In this document: positions 26,835 to 36,254 of the stretch, piece by piece
How positions within the stretch are numbered: position 1 is the stretch's first letter
Layout: the number at the start of each line of letters is the position of its first letter
The notes under the pieces: model-generated
Seen by the model: the letters and a program-made list of their open reading frames with translations, nothing else
Told to the model about the DNA's origin: nothing
Database searches by the model: none
Source of the DNA: a virus
Direction: 5' to 3' (one strand)
Length of the DNA stretch: 64,000 bases
Virus record (IMG/VR): IMGVR_UViG_3300046011_002684
Span: 26,208-90,207 of that record
Position numbers and translations under genes: made by a program

Positions 26835-27794
26835 TTATAGACCTGATGCTTCTTCCTGGGTCTTTGCAAGTTCAGGATCTGGGACTAGTCCATACTGTGC
26901 TAGTGCACCATTTGGTCCTGCCATATCGTCGCTTAAGAAGAATTCTACGTACTCTTTCAGTCCTGGAATAACACCGATATGTGCATTCTTAACGTAGAAG
27001 TAAAGTGGACGGCTGATTGGATAGTCACCACTTGAGATGGTTTCTACGCTTGGTGCTACACCACTAACAGTAGCAACTTCTAACTTGTCAGTGTTGTTCT
27101 GATAGAAACTAAGGCCAAACACGCCAAGTGCAGTTTTATTGGCATCGAGACGAGCAAGTGTCTCTGTATAGTCGCCGTCGATATCTACAGAGGCACCATC
27201 AGTACGAACCTTGACACATGCTTTTTTCTGGTCATCGTCTAGCTTCTCAACACCAAGTGCTTCCTTGCATCCTGCTTCCATAACCTTCACATCGAACACT
27301 TCGCGTGTACCGTGCTTGGTTCCTGGGATGTAGGCAAGAATCTCAACTTCTGGTAGAGCAGGATCTATGTCACTCCAGAGTTTAGCAGTGCTGCTTTCGT
27401 GTAGTGCAGTATAGAGCTGGAGAACATTTAGATCCTTGATATTCAATTGGCCGATGTTTGATGCGAATACGATACCATCATAGCCGAAACGTACTTCGGT
27501 GATTTTACCGATAGCAGCTTCACACTTCGCCCATTCTTCATCTTTCATCTTAGAAGAACTATTGGCGATGTCTACAGTGTTTTCACCAGTTCCTTCACAG
27601 AGTTTTTTACGGCCGGCTCCAGAGCCACCGCCTTCAACAACTGGTGAAGGGAATTCGAAGTTTTCGCCAAAGGCTTCTGCAACAATAGTTGCGTAAGGTA
27701 GAACAGTAGAAGATCCAGTTACCTGAATTTGGTCACGGGCATGTGCAGTGGTTGTCATAGTTACGGCAAGAATTGCAGTGAATAGTGCTTTCAT
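26835..27794 (-). CDS. pstS: Phosphate ABC transporter substrate-binding protein
   Basis: Signal peptide; ARDQIQVTGSSTVLP, GGSGAG, GYDGIV, GTREVF, YPISRPLYFYVK. Confidence 0.92.
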   Translation of the reverse strand: MKALFTAILAVTMTTTAHARDQIQVTGSSTVLPYATIVAEAFGENFEFPSPVVEGGGSGAGRKKLCEGTGENTVDIANSSSKMKDEEWAKCEAAIGKITEVRFGYDGIVFASNIGQLNIKDLNVLQLYTALHESSTAKLWSDIDPALPEVEILAYIPGTKHGTREVFDVKVMEAGCKEALGVEKLDDDQKKACVKVRTDGASVDIDGDYTETLARLDANKTALGVFGLSFYQNNTDKLEVATVSGVAPSVETISSGDYPISRPLYFYVKNAHIGVIPGLKEYVEFFLSDDMAGPNGALAQYGLVPDPELAKTQEEASGL

Positions 27795-27824
27795 AAACGT
27801 CTCCGTTGCGATTGATTGTTTGAG

Positions 27825-27832
27825 TACTTATA
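27825..27832 (-). promoter_or_regulatory. Late-promoter-like TATAAGTA upstream of pstS
   Basis: One mismatch to TATAAATA; lies in the loop of an SD-sequestering inverted repeat. Confidence 0.5.
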
Positions 27833-27875
27833 GTATGGCACCCACAACTACCGCAACGGTGACGCTATGTTTTCA

Positions 27876-28094
27876 TCATACACCCAAAATTCTACCAATA
27901 TCTTCCTTGAGACCCTTTTGCGGATTACGAGTAAGATGCTCGTGTACTTGTTCAAAGTAGAATGCTGCATCTTCTGCACCGTGCTTATTCAGTGCATGAG
28001 CTGCAGCTTCAAAGAAGTCAATGACTTCATAGAGTGACACACGACCATCAGTGCCAAGTGCAGCACGATGAGTCTTACCGGCGCGCTGATTCAT
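27876..28094 (-). CDS. Hypothetical protein
   Basis: GGAGG SD before MNQRAGKTH. Confidence 0.65.
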   Translation of the reverse strand: MNQRAGKTHRAALGTDGRVSLYEVIDFFEAAAHALNKHGAEDAAFYFEQVHEHLTRNPQKGLKEDIGRILGV

Positions 28095-28260
28095 TCCAAC
28101 CTCCATCTTTTAGTTTTTCTTTAAAGCTTGTGAATTCCTGCTTGGTAAGATTCAGGGTCTTACCAGGGACTTTGTCATCTTTATATTCTTGAACATAGTA
28201 ACCATACGTACCCAAAGATACGCGGTACGTATGGTCGAACTTTTCGTGCTTGAACTTCAT
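28075..28260 (-). CDS. Hypothetical protein
   Basis: Start revised to MKFKHEK, with AGGGA SD. Confidence 0.6.
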   Translation of the reverse strand: MKFKHEKFDHTYRVSLGTYGYYVQEYKDDKVPGKTLNLTKQEFTSFKEKLKDGGWNESARR

Positions 28261-28274
28261 GTTAGTATCCCTGA

Positions 28275-29228
28275 TTAGGCAGCGAGCGCAAACTCGACTG
28301 CCTTTTCTGCTGCTTTGATCTTGCGCAGCTGGTTCTGACCGAACCACTGGCTGTGCAAGCGGTTATCTGCGTTACGACCCTGAAGGTGATCGGTAACGAA
28401 GGTAACCGAGTTGAACGCTTGCCACCAAGTGCCTTCAGCGTATTCTGCACCCGGCTGGGTTTCCAGAACGTCCAGCGACTGAAGAGCCATACGAGAGATG
28501 GTGTCTTTAGTAACCTCTTTCTGCTTATCCTGACCAGAGGTAAGCGGGAAGACTTCGTTGTAGTACTGGAGCAGAGACTCAACCGAGAAACGCTTGGAAC
28601 CAAGGAACTGAGCCATCTCTTTGTACTTGGCGAATTTCTCGTGGGCAATACCAAGAGTGGTTTTTACCGAGTCAGCGTCGAAAGCGGTACGGTGACCGAC
28701 TTTCACCGCACGATCAGCTTGGCTATTCAAAGCGAAGGTGAGCGTGTTGTTGCAGACGACACGGATAGGAGTAAAGCGAACGTCAATGGACTTACCGTAG
28801 ACGTGGGGGTTGCTGAAGAGGAAGTAGGAATCAACCTGGTCACCACCGAACAGATCAAACGATTCTTTCACCTTTGCAAGTGCCCAGACATACTGACCAC
28901 CTTTGAGCGAACCAGCGGTGTGCATTTCCATATCACCAGCGAGAACATACTCGTTGAAGAACTCGAACGCTTGTTCGTTCTGGAGCGGGTGCCAGTTTTC
29001 ACCCACGTTGGTCAGGATCTTGCCATCAGTCTCGCGCACGAGCGATTTCTGACCAGTCTTAACTTTCTTACCATTGAACTCGATAAAGGATTCGACCTCG
29101 TGAACCTTCCAGTCGACGCCAGCTTTCTGCATCATCTGAACAGGGGTGAGGTCGTTGCTGACCTCGGTACCAAGACCGTGCCAGGGAAGTTCACCAGCGT
29201 AAGCCATCGTTTCAACCATATGTGCCAT
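28275..29228 (-). CDS. DUF932 family protein
   Basis: MAH.VETMAY.G..PWHGLG, TAGSL.GG, TPIRVVCNNTL, GTWW.A.N.VT...DH; start revised to 29228 (GGAG SD). Confidence 0.88.
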   Translation of the reverse strand: MAHMVETMAYAGELPWHGLGTEVSNDLTPVQMMQKAGVDWKVHEVESFIEFNGKKVKTGQKSLVRETDGKILTNVGENWHPLQNEQAFEFFNEYVLAGDMEMHTAGSLKGGQYVWALAKVKESFDLFGGDQVDSYFLFSNPHVYGKSIDVRFTPIRVVCNNTLTFALNSQADRAVKVGHRTAFDADSVKTTLGIAHEKFAKYKEMAQFLGSKRFSVESLLQYYNEVFPLTSGQDKQKEVTKDTISRMALQSLDVLETQPGAEYAEGTWWQAFNSVTFVTDHLQGRNADNRLHSQWFGQNQLRKIKAAEKAVEFALAA

Positions 29229-29253
29229 GATATATTCTCCTATTGGGGTTTGA

Positions 29254-29391
29254 TTAGAGACGACCGAAAGACTTGATAGCATCGCCATCAATGAGCTCTT
29301 TTTGAGCTTGGACGAGGGCGATTGCTTTTTCTTTTGCCGAGGTAATGATGATGTAGCCTTTAGCGGTAGTAGCGATCCAGTCTTTCGTCAT
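29254..29391 (-). CDS. Small early protein, 45 aa (not in ORF track)
   Basis: AAGGAG SD after an early promoter; MTKDWIATTAKGY... Confidence 0.6.
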   Translation of the reverse strand: MTKDWIATTAKGYIIITSAKEKAIALVQAQKELIDGDAIKSFGRL

Positions 29392-29416
29392 CGGGTATCT
29401 CCTTGTTGATAGTAGT

Positions 29417-29450
29417 AATATAAGGCTTTTGATTTGAAATGTAAACCCCC
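29417..29450 (-). promoter_or_regulatory. Early sigma70-like promoter
   Basis: GGGGG-TTTACA-N17-TATATT. Confidence 0.8.
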
Positions 29451-30305
29451 TTATTCAGTTTTTTTGAAAAAAATATTCTGCTCTTTTTCTCTATCGTCAA
29501 GGTCATACACGGATCTGTACTTGTTGTTAGCTCGAATAACTTCGCCCAATACGCTTAGAGTTTCATTGCCCCATTCATCATAGCCAAAGTTCCAGATTGC
29601 ATTCGTGTCCTTAGGAAAACAGCTTCCGCCAAATCCCTTCTTACCATCAAACCCCGGAACCTTCGTATGGGAATGTCCGATCCGATCGTCATTAGCGATA
29701 GCAGTAGCGATAACATTGTATCGTGCACCTACGGACTCGACAAGATCTTTCCATTGGTTGAACCATACCACCTTTGTAGCAAGGAATGAGTTAATCCCAT
29801 ACTTTACAAAACTGGCTTCGGCAGGTGTCATATAGTGAACGGGGGCTGGATTACAATTTGAATTGAACTTGTAAAGCTTATACACCTTCTTGGTATAGCT
29901 CGGATCCCCACCGAGAATATGGAATTTTGGATTCAGGAATTCATCAAAGGCATTCCGCTCAGTAAGGAATTCAGGGTTATACACAAACCTCTTATGATCG
30001 CATAGCTCCTGGATAAGATCTGGAGTAACAGTAGATTTAATAATAACTATACCAGAGTCAATCTTTCTTAGTTGGGCAACTACTTCCCAAATGGATCGGG
30101 CATCTATATTACCGGTTTCTTCCATAGGTGTAGACACGCAGACAAATGTATAATCCGGCTGAAATCTTTCTAGATCGTCCATATTCGCATGACCTTTATA
30201 TGGGTCTACGATTAGGATATCGTTCGAGTTATTTCGAAATCCGAATTCGACGGCCTTACCTACGAATCCATAACCAATAATAGCAATCTTTGCGGGTCTA
30301 TTCAT
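29451..30305 (-). CDS. UDP-glucose/GDP-mannose dehydrogenase family protein (lacks C-terminal domain)
   Basis: IIGYGFVG, CVSTP, IKSTVTP, NPEFL, KY..NSFLATKV, GFGGSCFPKD catalytic Cys. Confidence 0.88.
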   Translation of the reverse strand: MNRPAKIAIIGYGFVGKAVEFGFRNNSNDILIVDPYKGHANMDDLERFQPDYTFVCVSTPMEETGNIDARSIWEVVAQLRKIDSGIVIIKSTVTPDLIQELCDHKRFVYNPEFLTERNAFDEFLNPKFHILGGDPSYTKKVYKLYKFNSNCNPAPVHYMTPAEASFVKYGINSFLATKVVWFNQWKDLVESVGARYNVIATAIANDDRIGHSHTKVPGFDGKKGFGGSCFPKDTNAIWNFGYDEWGNETLSVLGEVIRANNKYRSVYDLDDREKEQNIFFKKTE

Positions 30306-30657
30306 TTAAGAATTCCTTACACTCATCTAGTTTTTGACGAATAAATTTATGATCATTCACCTGTCGGTTGAGAGGTGAAGGGTGGGGTAAAGTAAAATGG
30401 GAAATATTAATATCTGTTAGATATTTCGAGACTGTTGGCCCCCATGCAACTACTTTATCATGTCCAGAAATAGAACTACACAAGAAGTCGTAATCTACGT
30501 TCTTCTTATCCCAGTGTGGATCTGATGACAGATTTGTAAATGCTACTTTATCTATCCCAAGATAGTCTAGCCACTCTCGGAATCTAGATACAGCACCACC
30601 TTTTCTAGGCACTGACAGCTTGGTTGGGTTTAACCCGATGACAATCACATTTCTCAT
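30298..30657 (-). CDS. Minimal uracil-DNA glycosylase superfamily protein
   Basis: IVIGLNP motif 1 and LPHPSPLN motif 2. Confidence 0.6.
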   Translation of the reverse strand: MRNVIVIGLNPTKLSVPRKGGAVSRFREWLDYLGIDKVAFTNLSSDPHWDKKNVDYDFLCSSISGHDKVVAWGPTVSKYLTDINISHFTLPHPSPLNRQVNDHKFIRQKLDECKEFLNE

Positions 30658-30676
30658 AATAACATCTTAACAAAGA

Positions 30677-31327
30677 TTAAAGAAGTAGTAAATCTTTATT
30701 CTTCAAATCATCGAAATGAAATCCCAGGATAGCACTACGGCGGATAGTTTCCCCATTCACCACTCTATGATTCCACCCGGTGTTAATGAACCAAATCTCT
30801 CCCGGATTCATCTTCAACTGATGCACACCTTCTTTATCTCTGAACTCGAGAACAGAATCATTTCGATTTAAACAGATTTGTGCTCTACATATAACACTTG
30901 TATCTGCATCGATATGCCAGTTGAGTTCGTGATCCCCTTTCATCTCGCTCATTCGAAAACGATATACGTTATGAAACAGTTGATCTAAGACCGGTTTAGT
31001 GTATCTTAGATTATATGACGAATCCCATTTAGTATAGAGATATTCATTTACATCATCAGAAGAATCTTCGATTCTTTTCTGTAGAAGGATCTGACGATAT
31101 TTATTTGCCACATGAAATACTTCTTCATAGTTGCAGTTTTGACTAATACCATAATTATCGCCACCGATATCATTACCACTATAAGTGTCAAGGATGTAAT
31201 TTAACTCATCAACAACATTAGAAGATACCATCCCTATCTTTTCAAAGGTCTTCAACTTATCTCTTTTAGGACCAGTACCTCCCACTCTAGTTCGTTTGCT
31301 TTTCACTATCAAACATTTTTCAGCCAT
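30677..31327 (-). CDS. Aspartyl/asparaginyl beta-hydroxylase-like 2OG oxygenase
   Basis: RFRMS, WHIDAD, GEIWFINTGWNHRV.N. Confidence 0.7.
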   Translation of the reverse strand: MAEKCLIVKSKRTRVGGTGPKRDKLKTFEKIGMVSSNVVDELNYILDTYSGNDIGGDNYGISQNCNYEEVFHVANKYRQILLQKRIEDSSDDVNEYLYTKWDSSYNLRYTKPVLDQLFHNVYRFRMSEMKGDHELNWHIDADTSVICRAQICLNRNDSVLEFRDKEGVHQLKMNPGEIWFINTGWNHRVVNGETIRRSAILGFHFDDLKNKDLLLL

Positions 31328-31904
31328 ATCTACGTTTCCATTCTTCAATAGTAATTTCTGGTAACTGTGGTTTTTTACCATTATATATTATATTTTGCCA
31401 GCAATCTTTTCCGAAATCGCTTTTACAAGTAAGCATCATATCATCAGCCAAATGCCATGGGGTTTGGGTTCTATATTCTAATTTAACCCCAAAATATTTT
31501 ATCGCTTGTCTTCGTGAAAGAGATTGCATAGAGATAAAAGCTGTTTCATAACCTTTAATATATTCTAACTGATAGGGAAGGATTCTCATTGTCGGACTAA
31601 GAAATGTATCAGTCTTTGGATTTGTGAATCTTCGGTAATCTCTGTAAATATAAGTTCTAGTCAAAACTCTATAACAGTCATTATAGTATTTTTGAACTGT
31701 AGAAAATGCCACCGGTTTATCCCCATCAAAGAGGAAAAACCATTCTGGATAATTTAAAAATGTGTCTGGAAGAATGCTAAACCATTCAATGTTTCTTTTA
31801 TCATATAGATTATTTTCTCCACCTATTCTTTTTAGTTCATTCTTGAAATTATCTATGCCATATTCTCTCAGAGTTATGACTTTTTGATCAATCGTATAAA
31901 CCAT
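31320..31904 (-). CDS. Hypothetical protein, possible GNAT-fold
   Basis: PVAFS..., RVLTRTYI.RDYRR resembles GNAT motif A; start uncertain. Confidence 0.45.
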   Translation of the reverse strand: MVYTIDQKVITLREYGIDNFKNELKRIGGENNLYDKRNIEWFSILPDTFLNYPEWFFLFDGDKPVAFSTVQKYYNDCYRVLTRTYIYRDYRRFTNPKTDTFLSPTMRILPYQLEYIKGYETAFISMQSLSRRQAIKYFGVKLEYRTQTPWHLADDMMLTCKSDFGKDCWQNIIYNGKKPQLPEITIEEWKRRYG

Positions 31905-32515
31905 GCTGCCGGATCCCATTCATACCATTTCTTGCCAATCTGCCAATCTCTAGGCCGATCATGATGATTTGCATGCCAACCTTCACCACCGGTAAAGATG
32001 TTAACGAATGCAGAGTTTCTTACCTTTTCACCAGAGTGACAGATAGTATTCAGTAGTCCAAACCCCAGATATCCCCAGAACATAGGAAGACCGATAAAAA
32101 CTAGCCACCAAGGGCCGGGAAGTATTATCGCCCCTCCGACAACAGTTACCATTCTGATTGTATTATGGTGTTTATAGAACCACATGACTCTCGGATTCTT
32201 CAACAGATCTACTACATGTCTATGCTTAATAGCAGGTACTTTAAATGTAGAGGTAAGAATCTTCCAAACTGGTTGGTGCTTTGGGGAGTGAGGGTCTTTT
32301 GGTGTATCAGAATAATTATGATGTAACCGATGTACACCAACCCATCCTAAAACAGGACCTGCACCAGACAGTGGGCCTAAGATTAAAACGAGATATTCAT
32401 ACCAAACGCCTGCTTCAAAAGCTCTATGAGAAAAATATCTATGATATCCAGCAGATATTACTATAGAAGATAGGATCAACCACCAGATAAAACTATAGAT
32501 CAGAATTTCAATCAT
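31874..32515 (-). CDS. Membrane fatty acid desaturase (delta-9/DesC-like)
   Basis: His boxes HRYFSH, HRLHH, HANHH; DPHSP; TM segments. Confidence 0.9.
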   Translation of the reverse strand: MIEILIYSFIWWLILSSIVISAGYHRYFSHRAFEAGVWYEYLVLILGPLSGAGPVLGWVGVHRLHHNYSDTPKDPHSPKHQPVWKILTSTFKVPAIKHRHVVDLLKNPRVMWFYKHHNTIRMVTVVGGAIILPGPWWLVFIGLPMFWGYLGFGLLNTICHSGEKVRNSAFVNIFTGGEGWHANHHDRPRDWQIGKKWYEWDPAAWFIRLIKKS

Positions 32516-32578
32516 ACTAAATTATCTCTTTAATTAATGTCGCTGCATAATATCTATCCCCGCCTAAGATACTCTTAT

Positions 32579-32616
32579 ATTATACCTAGGCGGGAAAGAT
32601 CTGTAAATCCCCTATT
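32579..32616 (-). promoter_or_regulatory. Early sigma70-like promoter
   Basis: AATAGGGGA-TTTACA-N17-TATAAT. Confidence 0.75.
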
Positions 32617-33058
32617 TTGCGAGAGGATTATCTAGTGCTTCTTGCAGAGCTTGTTTCATATCTTTCTCAAGAGTCCTCATAGTATCACGAACATCCTTTT
32701 CGGTTTCCCGATTTAGATTTTCCATGATGCGAAGGCGATCATCGATGTCACGCTGAGTCTCTTTTACTCTGCGTGATGCATCTTCTGATACACCTTCTAC
32801 TCTTAGAATATCCTTACGAAGATCATCTTTGATGTCTCTGGTATAGTCGATTGCGTCTTCTAGTTTCTGCAGCTGCAGTTCATTTGCCGCTTGTATTGCA
32901 GTAATATCGATATTCTGGATAATCTCCTTCATATCCATATAGTCTTTATAAAACTCAAAGCCGCCCCAGAGAGCACCGCCAGCGGTAGATAGTGCGGTAA
33001 GGATGATCATCATCTTACCGCCTCGAAATGTCATGCCAGCGAATTCAAACTCTGCCAT
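32612..33058 (-). CDS. TM plus coiled-coil protein
   Basis: N-terminal hydrophobic IILTALSTAGGALWGG; long heptad region. Confidence 0.7.
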   Translation of the reverse strand: MAEFEFAGMTFRGGKMMIILTALSTAGGALWGGFEFYKDYMDMKEIIQNIDITAIQAANELQLQKLEDAIDYTRDIKDDLRKDILRVEGVSEDASRRVKETQRDIDDRLRIMENLNRETEKDVRDTMRTLEKDMKQALQEALDNPLAK

Positions 33059-33066
33059 TTATTCAC

Positions 33067-33465
33067 TCACTCTTCTGAATCGCTTTTACCTTTAAGGTAA
33101 GCCTGTGCACCAAAGAAGGCAGCAACTAAACCAGCGATAGCTACGAAGTAAGTCGGAGCAATATCACCAATGATCTGTGCAGCACCTTCAATTGCAAAGA
33201 AACTTGTTACCAAGATAAGGACCGGGTAAAGAAGCATACCCCAAAGAGCAAACCATGCCATTTGGCGGATCTGGTCTTCTTTCTTATCTTCATTCTCGAG
33301 CATTCTTTTCTTATGTTCGAAATCCGAAACTTCTCTTGCTCTTGCCATCTCATCATCAGTGATGATACCATCACCATCTGTATCGAGGAAATTATATGCC
33401 GAGTCTTTTTCTAAAGCCTTTGCTTCTACTTTTGGTGTTCTTGTTCTAGGCGTTCTTGCAGCCAT
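33067..33465 (-). CDS. EF-hand plus two-TM membrane protein (holin-like topology)
   Basis: DTDGDGIITDDE EF-hand loop; two C-terminal TM helices. Confidence 0.6.
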   Translation of the reverse strand: MAARTPRTRTPKVEAKALEKDSAYNFLDTDGDGIITDDEMARAREVSDFEHKKRMLENEDKKEDQIRQMAWFALWGMLLYPVLILVTSFFAIEGAAQIIGDIAPTYFVAIAGLVAAFFGAQAYLKGKSDSEE

Positions 33466-33516
33466 TATCTTCTCCTATAGTTGTATTATACCATAAAGCA
33501 GATCAAGGCAGCATAA

Positions 33517-33900
33517 TTAGTTTTCAAATTGCAGTTCACGAAGTTGCTGAAGCTCTTGTTCTAGCTTCTGGACTTCAAGTTGTTTCTTTCTTAGTTCCAG
33601 TTCATAAAGCTTGTTACAATCAATTCTGGACTTTACTCTTTTACCAAGCGGTATAACGATTCTACTATACACACCCACGTCACCGATTTGATTACCCATA
33701 TCCTTATCGATAATACCGGTAACACCAAACTCTAACTGAGTGGCAGATCCAATCGCATTTGAGCAATCTAAATCCCCCGCTCGAAACTGGTCCGACTGAT
33801 AATTCATAGAGGACCCAGGAATAGCTAAGTTCAGGGAAGAACTTGTATCAGCTAATGCAGGTAATCCCATCAAAATGAATAAAACAGCATAATATTTCAT
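33517..33900 (-). CDS. Secreted protein with Cys-flanked beta-hairpin and coiled coil
   Basis: Signal peptide ending PALA; DC...LEFGVTG...GVYSRIVIPLG...DC; C-terminal coiled coil. Confidence 0.65.
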   Translation of the reverse strand: MKYYAVLFILMGLPALADTSSSLNLAIPGSSMNYQSDQFRAGDLDCSNAIGSATQLEFGVTGIIDKDMGNQIGDVGVYSRIVIPLGKRVKSRIDCNKLYELELRKKQLEVQKLEQELQQLRELQFEN

Positions 33901-33906
33901 TTCGCC

Positions 33907-34287
33907 TCACTTTTTTATTTTTGAGCAAATCTTCGATGATATACCCGAAGCCCCTATATTTTCTTTTACTAGTTTCGATAATGTACAGATATAAACTACA
34001 CTATCCTTATCTTTATCCCTAATATATACATCAAACGTTTTTGTTTCAAGATAACCTACCCTTAAAACTCTTTCAGGTGTTGCGAACTTAATTGGTTCCC
34101 ATTCACCAGAAAAAACACCAATCTCGTAATGCTCTGCATCATTTCTTCTATTATATAACGAAAGAGTGGTTACCATTATACCATCTACATACGACGGATC
34201 TAATTTTGGATACGTCGGGATCATCTCGTGTGCGCTACCGATAGATGGCAGCGCACACATTAGAGTTACACATAACAACCTTTTCAT
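33907..34287 (-). CDS. Secreted protein, pilus-chaperone-like Ig fold (putative)
   Basis: Signal peptide; P.YP, LSLYN....EHYEI.V, F.VYI, YICT.S...SKICSK. Confidence 0.45.
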   Translation of the reverse strand: MKRLLCVTLMCALPSIGSAHEMIPTYPKLDPSYVDGIMVTTLSLYNRRNDAEHYEIGVFSGEWEPIKFATPERVLRVGYLETKTFDVYIRDKDKDSVVYICTLSKLVKENIGASGISSKICSKIKK

Positions 34288-34288
34288 C

Positions 34289-34789
34289 TTATTTAGCGAT
34301 GCATTCGGCTGTTACGAGAGCGGTATAGTTACCACCAGGTAGCGGCTTATTGTAACCATATGCAGCTTCCGAAGTAACTTTGAACCAAACAGTTCCAGCT
34401 TCTGTTAAATTGAATTCAACCACGTTATCGTATTCTACTTTATTTGTTTCATAAGCTGACATAGCTGGAGCAGTTACTTCTGCTACTTCTACATCGCCTG
34501 ACCAGTTTACAACGTCGGATAGACTTGGACTTGTCGAGAAGCTATTTGGCCAAGTAACTTTTGCCAGATAAGAATCTGCAAGTGCAACATCATAACGGAT
34601 CTTAGGCATTACACCACCGTCTGCTGGTACAGTACTGAGTACGTCTGGGGTTGGCTGACCATATACACCACGTACATCGGTGTATATAGAGCATTTTGAT
34701 TCGACTCTACCGTTGATCGGTGTTTCTATAGCAACAGCGGAGGTTGCAATAGCCGAAAAACCGAGAGCCACTAAAGTCTTCTTGAACAT
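34289..34789 (-). CDS. Secreted fimbrial-subunit-like protein (putative)
   Basis: MFKKTLVA signal; I.G.V...C N-terminal strand; C-terminal PGGNYTALVTAEC like the G.Y...T terminal strand of chaperone-usher pilins. Confidence 0.5.
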   Translation of the reverse strand: MFKKTLVALGFSAIATSAVAIETPINGRVESKCSIYTDVRGVYGQPTPDVLSTVPADGGVMPKIRYDVALADSYLAKVTWPNSFSTSPSLSDVVNWSGDVEVAEVTAPAMSAYETNKVEYDNVVEFNLTEAGTVWFKVTSEAAYGYNKPLPGGNYTALVTAECIAK

Positions 34790-34804
34790 TTTAGTCCCCT
34801 TGTT

Positions 34805-35698
34805 TTAATTTCCATCATATTGCAACCTAACCATATCATTATGGGTTTGATCAGAGGCTAGGCTTCTCAATAAGCTTGTGTTATCAGGGATTTCACTATC
34901 TTCTAATGTTAACGTCTCTTCGTAAGTGCCACCCTGAATAACAACACTATAGTATGAATCTAATTTAGGAAGAGCTGCAAGGGCTTTTAACATCGCTTCT
35001 TGCTGGGCAACATCGGCAATCTCTTCGGCCGCACCACTGATTGATAGAGCAGCTTCGATATCCAATTCCTCTTCTGACTCTTCTTCTTCCTTTATTTCTT
35101 TCTTTTCTACTTCTTCTCCTAGCGGATATTCTCTTTCTAACTGGGCTTGAACCCATTCGTTATAATACGGATCGTTTATATTCTCTCTATTCAATAATCC
35201 ATTATCTAACAAGTATTTATATAATGCATCTAAATAACCTGGACAGGCTGGGTCAGTAATCGGGTTATAACAAGTGTCGTACTTGTAATTATAGATCACT
35301 GTTACGTTACTTAGTGTCCCATCCCCGTCTACCCCAATCTCACCGTTCCCGAGCGCCTCGCGCGGGATCGGTAGCACTGGATCATATCTAACCATTGTGT
35401 TACCGGGTAATCCATCCCACACATCATTCGATTCATAAGAATACCCTTCACCAAGTGCATTCTCGTTACGAACATATACTGTAGCATCTGAGTTCGGATC
35501 TTTCTGAATCGTATAGCGGCGAAGAACACCATTCACAGCTAATCCAGCTTGTAGGGGAAGAACATCACCCATATTCCAGGTGTACCCATTAACTGTAGCG
35601 TTACCGGTTTGACCTACAATAACCTCAGAGGAGGAGTAAGAGGCCCAACAGAGCGCCGATACCAAGACCACCTTTGGCAGTACTCTTGTCGTCTTCAT
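34805..35698 (-). CDS. Secreted protein with Cys motif and acidic region
   Basis: Signal-like N-terminus; TCYNP..DPACPGY; poly-Glu stretch. Confidence 0.65.
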   Translation of the reverse strand: MKTTRVLPKVVLVSALCWASYSSSEVIVGQTGNATVNGYTWNMGDVLPLQAGLAVNGVLRRYTIQKDPNSDATVYVRNENALGEGYSYESNDVWDGLPGNTMVRYDPVLPIPREALGNGEIGVDGDGTLSNVTVIYNYKYDTCYNPITDPACPGYLDALYKYLLDNGLLNRENINDPYYNEWVQAQLEREYPLGEEVEKKEIKEEEESEEELDIEAALSISGAAEEIADVAQQEAMLKALAALPKLDSYYSVVIQGGTYEETLTLEDSEIPDNTSLLRSLASDQTHNDMVRLQYDGN

Positions 35699-36203
35699 CC
35701 ATATTCTTCCATCTGCTGCGGAGACCGTTCCCCTTGGGTTTATTTTCTTCCTCCATCGTCCAAGCTGCTTTTGCTTCTTCCCCGATCATACCATCATAAG
35801 GACAAGGGGTTCCAGCGTTCATCATAGCTTCGAACACACCAGGATCTTGGCACATAGTTGAAACTGCAGCAACTTTCATACCCATGTCATATAGCGTCTT
35901 AGCATTTTTTAAACGCTCACAGTTAACATCTCTGACAGTCTTACCTGCAGAGAGACCGAGGATTTGGGTTTGAACTGCACCAGCTACACCAACCGTACAA
36001 CTATCAGTAGTAGAACTATTAATCGTTGGTGCAACCGCAGTAGATGGTGGGGAATATACTGTGGTGGTAGAATTAGAATCTACTGTGGAATCAGTTTCGG
36101 ATCTGGTACAAATATAACCTTCAGGACAAGTCGTAGAAGATTCTTGCGCTGAAACTGATCCAGCAAATAAGCATAAAGTTATAACTAATAATTTTCTAAA
36201 CAT
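35625..36203 (-). CDS. Secreted Cys-rich protein with C-terminal GG-TM anchor
   Basis: Signal peptide ending SVSA; SC..G..GAVQT..LGLS.G....DVNCERLK; ends GGLGIGALLGLLLLL. Confidence 0.7.
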   Translation of the reverse strand: MFRKLLVITLCLFAGSVSAQESSTTCPEGYICTRSETDSTVDSNSTTTVYSPPSTAVAPTINSSTTDSCTVGVAGAVQTQILGLSAGKTVRDVNCERLKNAKTLYDMGMKVAAVSTMCQDPGVFEAMMNAGTPCPYDGMIGEEAKAAWTMEEENKPKGNGLRSRWKNMDEDDKSTAKGGLGIGALLGLLLLL

Positions 36204-36254
36204 TCTATTATCCTTACAATTCGGTCATAATAAAAAGTTCAGTCGCATCGGGTT

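Noticed and set aside
27833-27880. Pho box upstream of pstS
   Set aside because: No convincing CTGTCAT-like direct repeats at 11-bp spacing
28353-29276. 307-aa plus-strand ORF
   Set aside because: Exact antisense shadow of the DUF932 gene; no recognisable motifs, and all supported genes are on the minus strand
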